Source: Myxococcota bacterium | GTDB taxonomy: Bacteria; Myxococcota_A; Polyangia; Nannocystales; Nannocystaceae | Reading direction: 5' to 3' | Assembly (NCBI GenBank): GCA_039028615.1 | Contig: JBCCHT010000030.1 | Span: forward strand, 92,151-156,150 | Length of the DNA stretch: 64,000 bases | Part shown: positions 37,256 to 46,477 of the stretch, piece after piece | How the letters are laid out: each line of letters begins with the position of its first letter | Position numbering within the stretch: the first letter of the stretch is position 1 | Notes under the pieces: model-generated | Database searches by the model: none | Seen by the model: the letters and a program-made list of their open reading frames with translations, nothing else | Told to the model about the DNA's origin: nothing | Made by a program: the position numbers and the translations under genes

Positions 37256-39847
37256 TCAATGAAGGCTGCCGCCGGTCGAGACCAATGCGCGCTCGATCCC
37301 CAGCTCGACGGCGGCGATCAGGTGCGGGTCTCGGTGGTCGGCTCGCACGATGGCCAGGCTGCGCTCGAGCAGGGGCAACGCGTCGTACGGCTGCGACAGC
37401 CCGAGGTGGGCCTCGCCCAGCCGCGCGAGCACGTGACCGACTTCGAAGCGAGTCGGGCCGATGTGCTCCTCGAGTCCGCGCAGGGCGTGGCGCAGCATGT
37501 CGACCGCTTTTTCGTACTTGCCCATGCGCAGCAACGCACTGCCCGTGTTCGCGTAGGCGCGGGCGGTCTGCGGGTGCGTCTCGCCCAGCTGCCGTCGGGT
37601 GGCGGCGAGCGAGGCCTCGTACTGCTCGAGGGCTTCGGCCTCTTCGCCCAGCTGCGACAGCGCCAGCCCCAACGAGCTCCGAACCTTGGCGGTGCTGGGG
37701 TGGTCTTCGCCCAGCGTCTCGCGGCGGACCTTCAGCGCCTCGCGGAGCCATCGCTCGCCCTCGGTCGCCCGCCCGAGCAGCACCAGCGCGACGCCGAGGT
37801 TCTCGCTGGAGTGCGCCCGCCCGGTGTGCCCCTGCGGCAGGTCGGCCTCGATCATCACGTGCGCCCGCTGGTAGTAGTCGAGCATCTCGTCGTAGTCGCC
37901 GCGGGCGAAGGCCAGCCCGCCCAGATCGCTGAAGACCTTGTAGCGCTCGGCGTCGCGCAGCCCCGAGGCCGACGACTCGTACAGCGCCAGCGCCGACTCG
38001 TAGTACTCCTCGGCCTCGGCCAAGTCGCCGCGCTCCGAGGCCACGTTGCCGAAGCTGCGCTCGATGGAGGCGCGCTCCGTCGCGGTGGCGCCGACGCGAT
38101 CGGCCAGCGCGGTGGCGTGCCGCAGCCAGTCGCTCCCCGCCTCGTACTCCTGAAGCCGGATACCGACCAAAAACCCCAGCAAGCGGGCACCGTGCATGGC
38201 CACGCGGTAGGCCCCCGACTCGCTCGCGACCAGGAACGCGGCCTCGAGATCTTCGCGGGCGAGCTCGTAGCGACCCAGCCAGTCCCGAGCGCTGCCCCGA
38301 CGCAGATGAGCGGAGGCCAGCACCCCCGGCACATCGAGGCCTTGGGCGTCCTCGATCACCGCCGCGGCGATGTCGTGCGCCTCCTGGTAGTGCCCGGCCC
38401 GCTCGCGAGCCAACGCCAGCGCGAGGCGATCGCCGAAGGCGATGGCTGCGGGATCGACCGCGGGGTCGCCCTGCTCGCACTGCTCGAGCCCCGCGAGGTT
38501 CGGCAGCACTCGGTTGGCCCGCAGCACCACCTGGTCGTCGGCATCGGCCAATACCTCGACCGCCGCTTCGAACTCGACTCGACGCTGGCGCAAGCACGAC
38601 ATGCGGGCATCGAGCACGGTGGCCGCGGCGGTGCCGTCGACCGCCGCTTCGCAGACCTGCTCATAGCCTCGACGCCAGTGATCGACGTACTCGTCGGCCG
38701 CCCCCGAGACTCGGTCCCACTGCGCCGACGCGAAGGAGACCGAAGAGGCCTCGAAGCGATCGTGCACCGCGTCTCGGACTTCGGAGCCCCATAGCTGCTC
38801 GACGGGCGGCGCTTCACAGGGCGAGGACGACGGCCAGACCGCCGCCAGCCCCACCGCCCCGAGCGCGAGCATCCCGAGCACGGCCCAGCGCCTCCGGGGG
38901 CGCCTCGCCGCCCCGCGCTCGAGGGCCCGCAGCAAGCTCGCCATGGACTCCCAGCGCCGACCGGCTTCGGGTCGCAGGCCTCGACGCAGCACGGGCAGCA
39001 GCCGCGCGGCGAGCCGGGACGGGGGCTTCGCGGGCTGGAACCGGCCTTCGACCGTCCGCAGGTACAGGTCTGCGCCGCGCCCGAAGGGGTGCGCCCCCAT
39101 CAGCGCTTCGTATAGCGCGATGCAGAAGGCGAACTGATCGGCGGCGGGCAGGGCCGGAGTGGCCGTCCACTGCTCGGGCGCCATGTAGCCCGGCGTCCCG
39201 GAGATCGCCCCGTCGCGCGTGAAGTCGACGGTGACGTCGATCTCCGGCAGCAGCTCGGCGCTCTCGGTCAGCTCGGCGGTGGCTTCGAGGCGGGCGAGGC
39301 CGAAGTCGGTGACCAGCACCCGCCCGTCGTTCGCGACGAGCACGTTGCCCGGCTTGAAATCGCGATGCACCACGCCCGCCGCGTGGGCGGCCGCCAACCC
39401 TCGCCCCGCGGCGATGAACACATCGAGGATCTCTGCGGGTCGGCGCGGCGCCGCCTCCAGCCAGCGCCGTAGATTGACACCGTCCACCAGCTCCATGGCG
39501 ATGAAGGTGCGCCCCTCGTACTCGCCGACGTCGTGCACGGTGACGACGTTGGGGTGCTCCAGCCGCGCCATGGCCCAGGCCTCGCGCCGCAGCCGATGGT
39601 TGCGGGCCTCGGCGTCATTGCGATGCAGCAGCTTGATCGCCACCCGCCGGTCGAGCCGGGGGTCCTCCGCCGCGAACACCGCTCCCATGCCGCCCGCGCC
39701 GAGCCGATCGAGCACCTGGTAGTGCCCGAGCTGCTCGCCGCTCTCGATCTCGCGCGCATACGGGCCTGATGCCCCGCCGAGCGTGGGAAACGAGCCGGGC
39801 TCGGTCAGCTCGTACAACGTTGCGGAGGGCTCTACGTCGGTCTCCAT
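37256..39847 (-). CDS. Ser/Thr protein kinase with TM segment and C-terminal TPR repeats
   Basis: LGAGGMGAVFAAED, AIKLL, HRDFKPGNVLV, DFGLARLE, GTPGYMAPEQ. Hydrophobic AVLGMLALGAVGLAAVW, then TPR-like repeats. The track ORF (1191 aa) continues upstream antisense to the next gene. Start taken at METDVEPS (39847); alternative MRPPEA (39919). Confidence 0.85.
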   Translation of the reverse strand: METDVEPSATLYELTEPGSFPTLGGASGPYAREIESGEQLGHYQVLDRLGAGGMGAVFAAEDPRLDRRVAIKLLHRNDAEARNHRLRREAWAMARLEHPNVVTVHDVGEYEGRTFIAMELVDGVNLRRWLEAAPRRPAEILDVFIAAGRGLAAAHAAGVVHRDFKPGNVLVANDGRVLVTDFGLARLEATAELTESAELLPEIDVTVDFTRDGAISGTPGYMAPEQWTATPALPAADQFAFCIALYEALMGAHPFGRGADLYLRTVEGRFQPAKPPSRLAARLLPVLRRGLRPEAGRRWESMASLLRALERGAARRPRRRWAVLGMLALGAVGLAAVWPSSSPCEAPPVEQLWGSEVRDAVHDRFEASSVSFASAQWDRVSGAADEYVDHWRRGYEQVCEAAVDGTAAATVLDARMSCLRQRRVEFEAAVEVLADADDQVVLRANRVLPNLAGLEQCEQGDPAVDPAAIAFGDRLALALARERAGHYQEAHDIAAAVIEDAQGLDVPGVLASAHLRRGSARDWLGRYELAREDLEAAFLVASESGAYRVAMHGARLLGFLVGIRLQEYEAGSDWLRHATALADRVGATATERASIERSFGNVASERGDLAEAEEYYESALALYESSASGLRDAERYKVFSDLGGLAFARGDYDEMLDYYQRAHVMIEADLPQGHTGRAHSSENLGVALVLLGRATEGERWLREALKVRRETLGEDHPSTAKVRSSLGLALSQLGEEAEALEQYEASLAATRRQLGETHPQTARAYANTGSALLRMGKYEKAVDMLRHALRGLEEHIGPTRFEVGHVLARLGEAHLGLSQPYDALPLLERSLAIVRADHRDPHLIAAVELGIERALVSTGGSLH

Positions 39848-40018
39848 CACGACCTCGGGCGATCGCCCACACCCAATACGCCGAGGGTCGAGTTTGGTTT
39901 CCGCTTCGGGTGGTCGCATGTGCGATCGTTTCGTCGGCTCGCCGGGCCCGCCGGGCGAAGATCGGGGCTGACGCCCGCTAAATCTGATAATTGAGACCCG
40001 AACTTCGTTCGCTTCGAA

Positions 40019-41281
40019 ATGCGTATCGCAATCACCGCGGCCAGCGTGGCGCTGGCTCTGCTCCCCCGATTGGCGGCGGCCAGTGCGGGCGGCGTGGCCA
40101 GTGGCGGCTGCGGGTGCCACGGCGGTGGCTCGGTGGGCATCGATCTCGACGCGGCCTCGTCGATCGCCCCGGGCCAGACGGTCACCATGACCACGACGAT
40201 CTCCGCGTCCGCGGCCGAGGCGGGGCTGTTCGTGCAAGCCACCACCGGAGACCTGGCGACGCTGTCGGGCCAGGGCATGGCCTCGGTGAGCGCGGGCCTC
40301 ACCCACGTCTCGCCCCGCGCCATGTCGAGCGGCGAGGCCCAGATCTCCTTCCGCTGGACGGCCCCTGACGGTCCGGGTGCGGTGCGCATGGGCGTGTGGG
40401 CGGTGGCCGCCAACGGCAACAACAACAACGGCGGCGACCAGTGGAGCGACGAGGTCTTCGACTTCGTCTACGGCTGCGAGGCCCAGACCTACTACCGGGA
40501 CCTCGACGGCGACGGCTACGGCGTGTCCACCTTTCCCCGGGACTTCTGCGCCGACTCGAGCCCGGCCGGCTACGCCCCGCTGCCCGACGACTGCAACGAC
40601 AACCGGGCCCAGACCCACCCGGGCGCCACCGAGTTCTGCAACCAGATCGACGACGACTGCGACGACGAGACCGACGAGAACGCGGTGCCCCTGGCGCTGT
40701 ACCGCGATGCCGACGGCGACGGTTTCTACGGGGCGGACGAGTTCGCGGGCGACATGATGATGGGCTGCGTGCCCACCGAGGGCTGGGCGGCGGAGCCCGG
40801 CGACTGCCGCCCCGAAGACCCCACCGTGCACCCGGGGATCGAAGAGGTCTGCAACGGCTTCGACGACGACTGCGACACCGACGTGGACGAGCGCGTCCAG
40901 CCCCAGTGCGGCGTGGGCTGGTGCCGCCGCGAGTCCTACAACTGCACGCCCGAGGGCTGCACCCCGGGCGAGCCCCGCGAGGAGACCTGCAACTTCTTCG
41001 ACGACGATTGCGACGGGATCATCGACGAGGACACGCCCTGCCCCGAAGGCGAGAGCTGCCAGGCGGGCGAGTGCCGACCGATCCCCGAGGACGACGGGCT
41101 CGACGAAAGCGGCAGCGACACAGGCGGGCTGGACACGGAGGGCACCGACTCCACCGCGGGCCAGCAGGGCGGAAGCGGAGGGTGTGGCTGTCGCTCGAAT
41201 TCCGGCGACTTCGGTGGAGTCGCCGCGTTTTGGCTGCTATTGCTCGCTGCCCCGGCACGACGAATGCGAGGTCGACCATGA
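40019..41281 (+). CDS. secreted MYXO-CTERM protein with putative metal-binding (MopE-like) Asp/Cys repeats
   Basis: Signal peptide MRIAITAASVALALLPRLAAA. Repeats DDCNDNRAQTHPGATEFCNQIDDDCDDETDE and HPGIEEVCNGFDDDCDTDVDE. C-terminal GGCGCRSNSGDFGGVAAFWLLLLAAPARRMRGR matches the MYXO-CTERM sorting signal. Confidence 0.75.
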   Translation: MRIAITAASVALALLPRLAAASAGGVASGGCGCHGGGSVGIDLDAASSIAPGQTVTMTTTISASAAEAGLFVQATTGDLATLSGQGMASVSAGLTHVSPRAMSSGEAQISFRWTAPDGPGAVRMGVWAVAANGNNNNGGDQWSDEVFDFVYGCEAQTYYRDLDGDGYGVSTFPRDFCADSSPAGYAPLPDDCNDNRAQTHPGATEFCNQIDDDCDDETDENAVPLALYRDADGDGFYGADEFAGDMMMGCVPTEGWAAEPGDCRPEDPTVHPGIEEVCNGFDDDCDTDVDERVQPQCGVGWCRRESYNCTPEGCTPGEPREETCNFFDDDCDGIIDEDTPCPEGESCQAGECRPIPEDDGLDESGSDTGGLDTEGTDSTAGQQGGSGGCGCRSNSGDFGGVAAFWLLLLAAPARRMRGRP

Positions 41282-41982
41282 GCGAAGGATTGTTCGTACA
41301 CCAACTGGCCCTCGGCCCCTGGGACAACTTCATCACCTTCATCGGCGACCGTGCGTCGCGGAGCTGTGCGGTAGTCGACCCGGCGTGGGACGCCGCCACC
41401 ATCCTTCGCGAGGCCGAGCGGCTCGACGTTCGCATCGATCGCATCCTGTGCACGCACAGCCACTTCGATCACGTGGACCAGGTCGACCCGCTGCTCAAGA
41501 GCGTGGACGTCCCGGTTCACATGCTGCGCCCGGAAGTCGAGTTTTCGGGATTCAAGTGCGAGAACCTGGTGAGCAGCTCGCCCGGCGACACGGTCAAGCT
41601 CGGTGAGCACGTGGAGATCACCATGATGCACACGCCCGGGCACACGCCGGGCTCCACGAGCTACTCGGTGCACGACGCTCTGGTCACCGGCGACACGTTG
41701 TTCGTCAACGGCTGTGGGCGCTGCGACTTCGTGGGCGGCGACCCGGAGGTCATGTTCGGCACGCTCCAGAGCCTGTCCGACAAGCTCCCGGGGCAGACCC
41801 GCATGTACCCCGGGCACGACTACGGAGGCACGCCGACCTCCACCCTCGACGAGCAGCTGCGCGACAACCCCTACCTGCAGCACGGCACGGTGGCGGACTT
41901 CATCGCCCATCGCATGGACGGCAAGAGTCCCAATACCGCGCTTCCCCCCCGACCGGATTGGACCCCTCCCGCGGCCCAATAG
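41278..41982 (+). CDS. metallo-beta-lactamase-fold hydrolase (glyoxalase II-like)
   Basis: ATG overlaps the upstream stop (ATGA). Motifs ILCTHSHFDHVDQ, HTPGHTPGS, GDTLFVNGCGR, PGHDY. Confidence 0.75.
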   Translation: MSEGLFVHQLALGPWDNFITFIGDRASRSCAVVDPAWDAATILREAERLDVRIDRILCTHSHFDHVDQVDPLLKSVDVPVHMLRPEVEFSGFKCENLVSSSPGDTVKLGEHVEITMMHTPGHTPGSTSYSVHDALVTGDTLFVNGCGRCDFVGGDPEVMFGTLQSLSDKLPGQTRMYPGHDYGGTPTSTLDEQLRDNPYLQHGTVADFIAHRMDGKSPNTALPPRPDWTPPAAQ

Positions 41983-42401
41983 GGCGGTATCATGGGTCGG
42001 TGGGTGCATCGGTCGAAGCGTTGGCGCGGCGGATCATGGTCCGAGTGGCCATGGTCGACGGCGAGCTGCACGCGTCCGAGGTCGATCGCCTGCGCTGGAA
42101 CGTCGGGCGCCTGACCGGCACCACTCCCTCGGCACAGCAGGTTCGGGACGACGTGGCAGACGTCGTGGGTCGCGCGATCCCGCTGCCTCAGCTGCTCGAC
42201 GAGGCCCGCACGACGCTCGACCGCCGCGGTCGCCAAACGGTGATGCGAGCGGCGTACATCATCGCCACGGCCGATGGGCAGGTCCCGGACGCCGAGGATG
42301 CGCTCCTGGTGGAAATCGCTCGGGGCCTGGAGATTTCGCCCGACGAATATCACGCACTGGTCAGCCCCATGGCACTTGCCCGGGCGCTGGCAGGGTCCTG
42401 A
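41958..42401 (+). CDS. TerB-like (tellurite-resistance TerB family) protein
   Basis: MVDGELHASEVDRLRWNV and AAYIIATADGQVPDAEDALLVEIARGLEIS resemble TerB-domain helices. Overlaps the upstream gene by 25 nt; an internal start at ~42036 is possible. Confidence 0.45.
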   Translation: MDPSRGPIGRYHGSVGASVEALARRIMVRVAMVDGELHASEVDRLRWNVGRLTGTTPSAQQVRDDVADVVGRAIPLPQLLDEARTTLDRRGRQTVMRAAYIIATADGQVPDAEDALLVEIARGLEISPDEYHALVSPMALARALAGS

Positions 42402-42509
42402 TTCGAGACTACCAATCCGCGAGTTTCAGAGTTCAAGTGACCCAAAGCGCACGAATCTGGGCCTCCCGGGGGTCTGGGCACTCGGAGCCGGGGGTGTATA
42501 TTCCGCCGC

Positions 42510-44381
42510 ATGTTCACGCCCCGTAGCGTCTTGCTCGTAGCCTCGCTGGCGGCCCCGATCGCCCTCGCCGGATGCGGCAAGAAGAAGACCACCGAGGAGA
42601 CGCAGCCCCCTCTCGTCCCGGTGACGACGGCCCCGGCCGACCCCTCACCCAAGGTCGTAGCCGAGCCGCAGCCCGCCGTCGAGCGCATCACCGTCTCCGG
42701 TCGCCTCGAAGGTCTCGACGACATGTTCGAGGGTTTCAAGAAGCTCTCCGAGAGCTGGATGCCGGACGAGGCCACCGATCCCCAGGCGGAGATCCAGGCC
42801 CTGCTGCTGGGCCAGGGCTTCGGCCCCGGGTTCTGGGGCAACCTCGACCTCGGCGGGCTCCACAGCTTCTCGCTCAAGACTCCGGTCGACGGTGGTCGCC
42901 CCGAGGACTCGAGCCTCGCCGCCAGCGTGGCGGTGGTCGACGGGCGCAAGCTCATCGAGAACATGCCGCAGTCCCAGCGCCCCTCGCCGCTCGGTGAAGG
43001 CATGTGGGAGCTGGCCATCGACACCACCCGCGTGCTCATGAACGAGGCGGGCAAGGAGCTGCTGCTCGGGTTCTCGACCGAGGACATCGAGTCGGCCGGC
43101 AAGCTCCGTGGTCTCGACAAGGGCGGCATGCGACTGCAGCTCAAGGCCGAGAACATCCCCACCGACGACATCGATCCCTCGGCCGTGCTCGACGAGCTGC
43201 CCGCCGACAGCCAGCTGGCCAAGGACCTGTCCGCCATCGTGCAGGACCTCGACTCGGTCACCGTCGGCGCGGACATGGGCAGCACCCGCGACTTGCAGCT
43301 GCGCTTCGGCGCGGTCGCTCCCTTCCACAAGCTGGGGCTCAAGCCGCTGGGCGGCCCGCGTGCGGCCAGCACCGCGCTCGAGGCCCGACTGCCCGGCAAC
43401 CCGGTGTTCGTCACCACGCTGTCATGGGGCGACCCGACGATGATTCACGGCCTGATCGACGCCCTGCCGATCAGCGACCTCCCCGAGCCCGCCAAGAGCA
43501 TGGCCGCCCGGGCGGTCGAGAGCGCGCACGGTCTGCTCAACCAGATCGCCAGTGACGTCGCCATCGGCCTGTACCTCGACAAGAAGGGCCAGGCCACCTT
43601 CGTCATGGCCGCCGACGTCAAGGACGACGCCAAGACCACGGCCGTCTTCCGCGGCGTGCACGAGCAGCTGGCGCAGGCCGTCGAGATGCAGGCCACGATG
43701 GCCGGCGGCGACAAGACCATGGCGCTGACGGCCAAGCTCGACCTCGACGGCCTCAAGGTCCCCGGCGGCACCGCCGATCGCCTCGCCGTCAAGATCCCCA
43801 AGGGCTTCGAGGAGGACGTGCAGGAAGCCAAGATGTTCCTGCGCAAGAACACCCTCACGGTCATCACCCACGTCAGCAAGGGCGTCGGGATCATGGCCAT
43901 CGGCGCGGGCGCTCGCGGCCTCGTCACCGAGGTCGCCAAGTCGGCCGACAAGCCCAACCGCAACAGCCTGGCGCAGCACGCCGGTCTGGAGAACCTCCGC
44001 AAGAGCATCGGCGGCTGCCAGATCTGCATGGCCGGCGACCCGATGGCCTACTTCCGCTTCCGCCTCATGCTGGTGCGTGACCAGGGCGACAGCAAAGCCA
44101 TCGTCAAGAAGGCGGGCGAGCAGATGTACCAGCTGAGCAAGCTGGGCACGATCGGCCACCCCGGTGCGGGCGTGAAGATCGAGGCCGACAGCGCCGCCTT
44201 CGGCATCGTCATCCCGCAGACCACCCTGTTCGCCCCGGCATCCACGGTGGAGAAGCTCGGCGAGATCAACGACTTCGTCGACGATCCCGAGTTCGCCCTC
44301 GAGAACGCCGCGGACGCCAAGCAAGAGACGCCCAAGAACCGCCAGGGCGGCAAGAAGCTGAAGAAGGCCAGCAAGAAGTAA
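42510..44381 (+). CDS. large lipoprotein (623 aa), unknown function
   Basis: MFTPRSVLLVASLAAPIALAGCGKKK lipobox. Lys-rich C-terminal tail KNRQGGKKLKKASKK. Confidence 0.55.
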   Translation: MFTPRSVLLVASLAAPIALAGCGKKKTTEETQPPLVPVTTAPADPSPKVVAEPQPAVERITVSGRLEGLDDMFEGFKKLSESWMPDEATDPQAEIQALLLGQGFGPGFWGNLDLGGLHSFSLKTPVDGGRPEDSSLAASVAVVDGRKLIENMPQSQRPSPLGEGMWELAIDTTRVLMNEAGKELLLGFSTEDIESAGKLRGLDKGGMRLQLKAENIPTDDIDPSAVLDELPADSQLAKDLSAIVQDLDSVTVGADMGSTRDLQLRFGAVAPFHKLGLKPLGGPRAASTALEARLPGNPVFVTTLSWGDPTMIHGLIDALPISDLPEPAKSMAARAVESAHGLLNQIASDVAIGLYLDKKGQATFVMAADVKDDAKTTAVFRGVHEQLAQAVEMQATMAGGDKTMALTAKLDLDGLKVPGGTADRLAVKIPKGFEEDVQEAKMFLRKNTLTVITHVSKGVGIMAIGAGARGLVTEVAKSADKPNRNSLAQHAGLENLRKSIGGCQICMAGDPMAYFRFRLMLVRDQGDSKAIVKKAGEQMYQLSKLGTIGHPGAGVKIEADSAAFGIVIPQTTLFAPASTVEKLGEINDFVDDPEFALENAADAKQETPKNRQGGKKLKKASKK

Positions 44382-44382
44382 G

Positions 44383-44970
44383 ATGACTCGGCTGGCCGCG
44401 GTGGTACTCGCCGCCGGGGCCTCCACCCGGATGGGCCGACCCAAAGCGCTACTTCGGTGGCGGGGTCGGCCCTTCGTATTGCATGCGATCGAGCTCGCTC
44501 GGGTCGCGGGCGCGAAGACGATCGTGGTGGTCGAAGGAGCGGTGCCGCTGCCCGACGACGCGCTGGGCGGGTCCACGCGGGCTCGCAACGAGGCCTGGGC
44601 CGAAGGACCGCTGGGCAGCCTGCAGTGCGGCCTGAGAGCAGCGACCGCGGCCCAGCCCGGCGCCTCGGTGATGGTGCTGACCGTCGATCGCCCGCACATC
44701 GACCCGGGCACGGTGACCGCGTTGGCCGCGGCCTGCGAGGCGGATCCTCAGGCGGTCTGGCAGCCACGCCACGGCGAGCGCCGCGGTCATCCCATCGTGT
44801 ACCCGGCCGACCTCGCGCTCGAGATCTGTGCGCTGCAGCCCCCTCAGACCCCGCGCGACCTGCTGAGCCGCCCGGCCGTCGCCGCCCGTCGTCGCCAGAT
44901 CGAGGTGAACGACTCGACCGTGCTCGACAACCTCGATCGGCCCGAAGACCTCGACCGCCTCCCGCCGTGA
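44383..44970 (+). CDS. MobA-like NTP transferase (molybdenum-cofactor nucleotidyltransferase family)
   Basis: AAVVLAAGASTRMGRPKALL glycine-rich NTP-binding motif. Starts 2 nt after the upstream stop. Confidence 0.6.
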   Translation: MTRLAAVVLAAGASTRMGRPKALLRWRGRPFVLHAIELARVAGAKTIVVVEGAVPLPDDALGGSTRARNEAWAEGPLGSLQCGLRAATAAQPGASVMVLTVDRPHIDPGTVTALAAACEADPQAVWQPRHGERRGHPIVYPADLALEICALQPPQTPRDLLSRPAVAARRRQIEVNDSTVLDNLDRPEDLDRLPP

Positions 44971-45021
44971 GCCGCGGATCACGGGATTTTTCGCGCGCGG
45001 ACCCGTGTAGGATTCGCCGCA

Positions 45022-45696
45022 ATGCCGATCGTTTCCACGCTCATCGTCGTCGGCCTGTTCGTGCTCATCGGCGCGTGGTGGTTCTCGGAGACCCAGCGCA
45101 TCAAACGAGCCCTGCGCGGCGCCGAGATGGTGCAGATCGCCCAGTACCCCCACGGCGGCCTCAAGCGCATCGTCGGCAAGCTGTCGATGAATGAGGAGCC
45201 GCTCGTCGCTCCGCTGACCGGCCGCCCCTGCGCCGCCTACGAGGTGGTCTTGGAGCAGCTGCGCAGCTCGGGCAAGAGCAGCAGCTGGCACACCGTGTTT
45301 CGCGAGATCGAGGTTCGGCCCTTCACCCTCGACGACGGCACCGGTCGCGCCTTCGTCGAGCCCAGCGAGGCCAAGCTCGTGATCACCCGCGACGAGCGCT
45401 CGCAGTCGGGCACCTTCGACGACCCCACGCCCCGCGAGCAGGCGTTCTTGGACATGTACGGACAATCGGGTGAAGGCTGGGTCTTCAACAAGACCCTCCG
45501 CTACAGCGAAGGCGTGCTCGAGCCCGGCGAAGACGTCGCAGTCCTCGGTCGCGGCGCGGTGTCCTTCGACGATCGACCGGCGCAGGACCCCCACGCGGGC
45601 GGCTACCGCCAGGGGAGTCAGTCCACCAAGGTCACGCTGCGCGCCGGACCCAAGGACCCCTTGTACATCAGCGACGATCCGTCGACGCTGTACTGA
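45022..45696 (+). CDS. single-pass membrane-anchored protein, tandem paralog 1
   Basis: N-terminal TM IVSTLIVVGLFVLIGAWWF. Shared blocks with the next gene: IAQYPHGGLKRIVGKLSMNEEPLVAPLTGRPCAAYEVV, FTLDDGTGRAFVEP, VAVLGRGAVSFDD, GGYRQGSQ. Confidence 0.55.
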   Translation: MPIVSTLIVVGLFVLIGAWWFSETQRIKRALRGAEMVQIAQYPHGGLKRIVGKLSMNEEPLVAPLTGRPCAAYEVVLEQLRSSGKSSSWHTVFREIEVRPFTLDDGTGRAFVEPSEAKLVITRDERSQSGTFDDPTPREQAFLDMYGQSGEGWVFNKTLRYSEGVLEPGEDVAVLGRGAVSFDDRPAQDPHAGGYRQGSQSTKVTLRAGPKDPLYISDDPSTLY

Positions 45697-45699
45697 CCC

Positions 45700-46374
45700 A
45701 TGCCCCTGGTCGCCATCGGTCTGCTCCTCGCCACGCTCGCGCTCGTGCTCGCGTGGACGCGCTCACGGGCCGAGCAGACCCCGGAGTTGCTTCGCGGGGC
45801 GGAGCGCATCGCGATCTCCCAGTACCCCCAAGGCGGCCAAAAGCGAGTGGTGGGGACCTTGTCGATGAACGGAGAGCCCCTCGTCGCGCCGCTGACCGGA
45901 CGCGCGTGTGCGGCCTACGAGGTCGTGGTCGAGGAGGCCAGCCAGGACTCCGGCACGCACTGGACCGTGATCGCGCGAGAGGTTCGAGCGGAGCCCTTCA
46001 TCGTCGACGACGGCACCGGTCGGGCCTTCGTCGATCCGGCCGGGGCCACCTTGGCGATCACCCGCGACTCCCGCTCGCAGTCCGGCATCTTCAAGGAGCC
46101 CGATTCCCGCGAGGCGGATTTTTTGGCCCGCCACGGAGAGTCGACCAAAGGCACCGCGCTCAACCGCTCGCTCCGGTTCTGCGAGGGCGCGCTCGAGCTC
46201 GGCGAGACGGTGGCGGTCCTCGGCCGCGGTGCGGTTTCGTTCGACGACGATCCGACGTCGAGGTCCCACGAGGGTGGCTATCGCCGCAACAGCCAGGCCA
46301 CCAAGATCGAGATCTCCGCCGGGCCCCGCACGCCGGTCTACATCAGCGACGCCCCCTTCATCGTCGACGCCTGA
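45700..46374 (+). CDS. single-pass membrane-anchored protein, tandem paralog 2
   Basis: Roughly 55-60% identical to the upstream gene over its full length by visual alignment. Same 224-aa length, with a 3-nt intergenic gap. Confidence 0.55.
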   Translation: MPLVAIGLLLATLALVLAWTRSRAEQTPELLRGAERIAISQYPQGGQKRVVGTLSMNGEPLVAPLTGRACAAYEVVVEEASQDSGTHWTVIAREVRAEPFIVDDGTGRAFVDPAGATLAITRDSRSQSGIFKEPDSREADFLARHGESTKGTALNRSLRFCEGALELGETVAVLGRGAVSFDDDPTSRSHEGGYRRNSQATKIEISAGPRTPVYISDAPFIVDA

Positions 46375-46477
46375 CGCCTGAACGTCACCGCCGACCGTCG
46401 ACCTGCGGGGCAGCTCACGGCACGAGGCCGGGCCGCAGGGGCAAGCCCGCGGGTGCGGGCTGATATGTTCCGCCGCA

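Noticed and set aside
37256-40831. 1191-aa ORF on the minus strand
   Set aside because: It is a chimera. The C-terminal ~860 aa form a bona fide STK-TPR gene. The N-terminal ~330 aa (G/V/R/A-rich) run antisense to the MYXO-CTERM gene, which has a signal peptide and sorting tag. The gene is truncated to the kinase N-terminus at ~39847.
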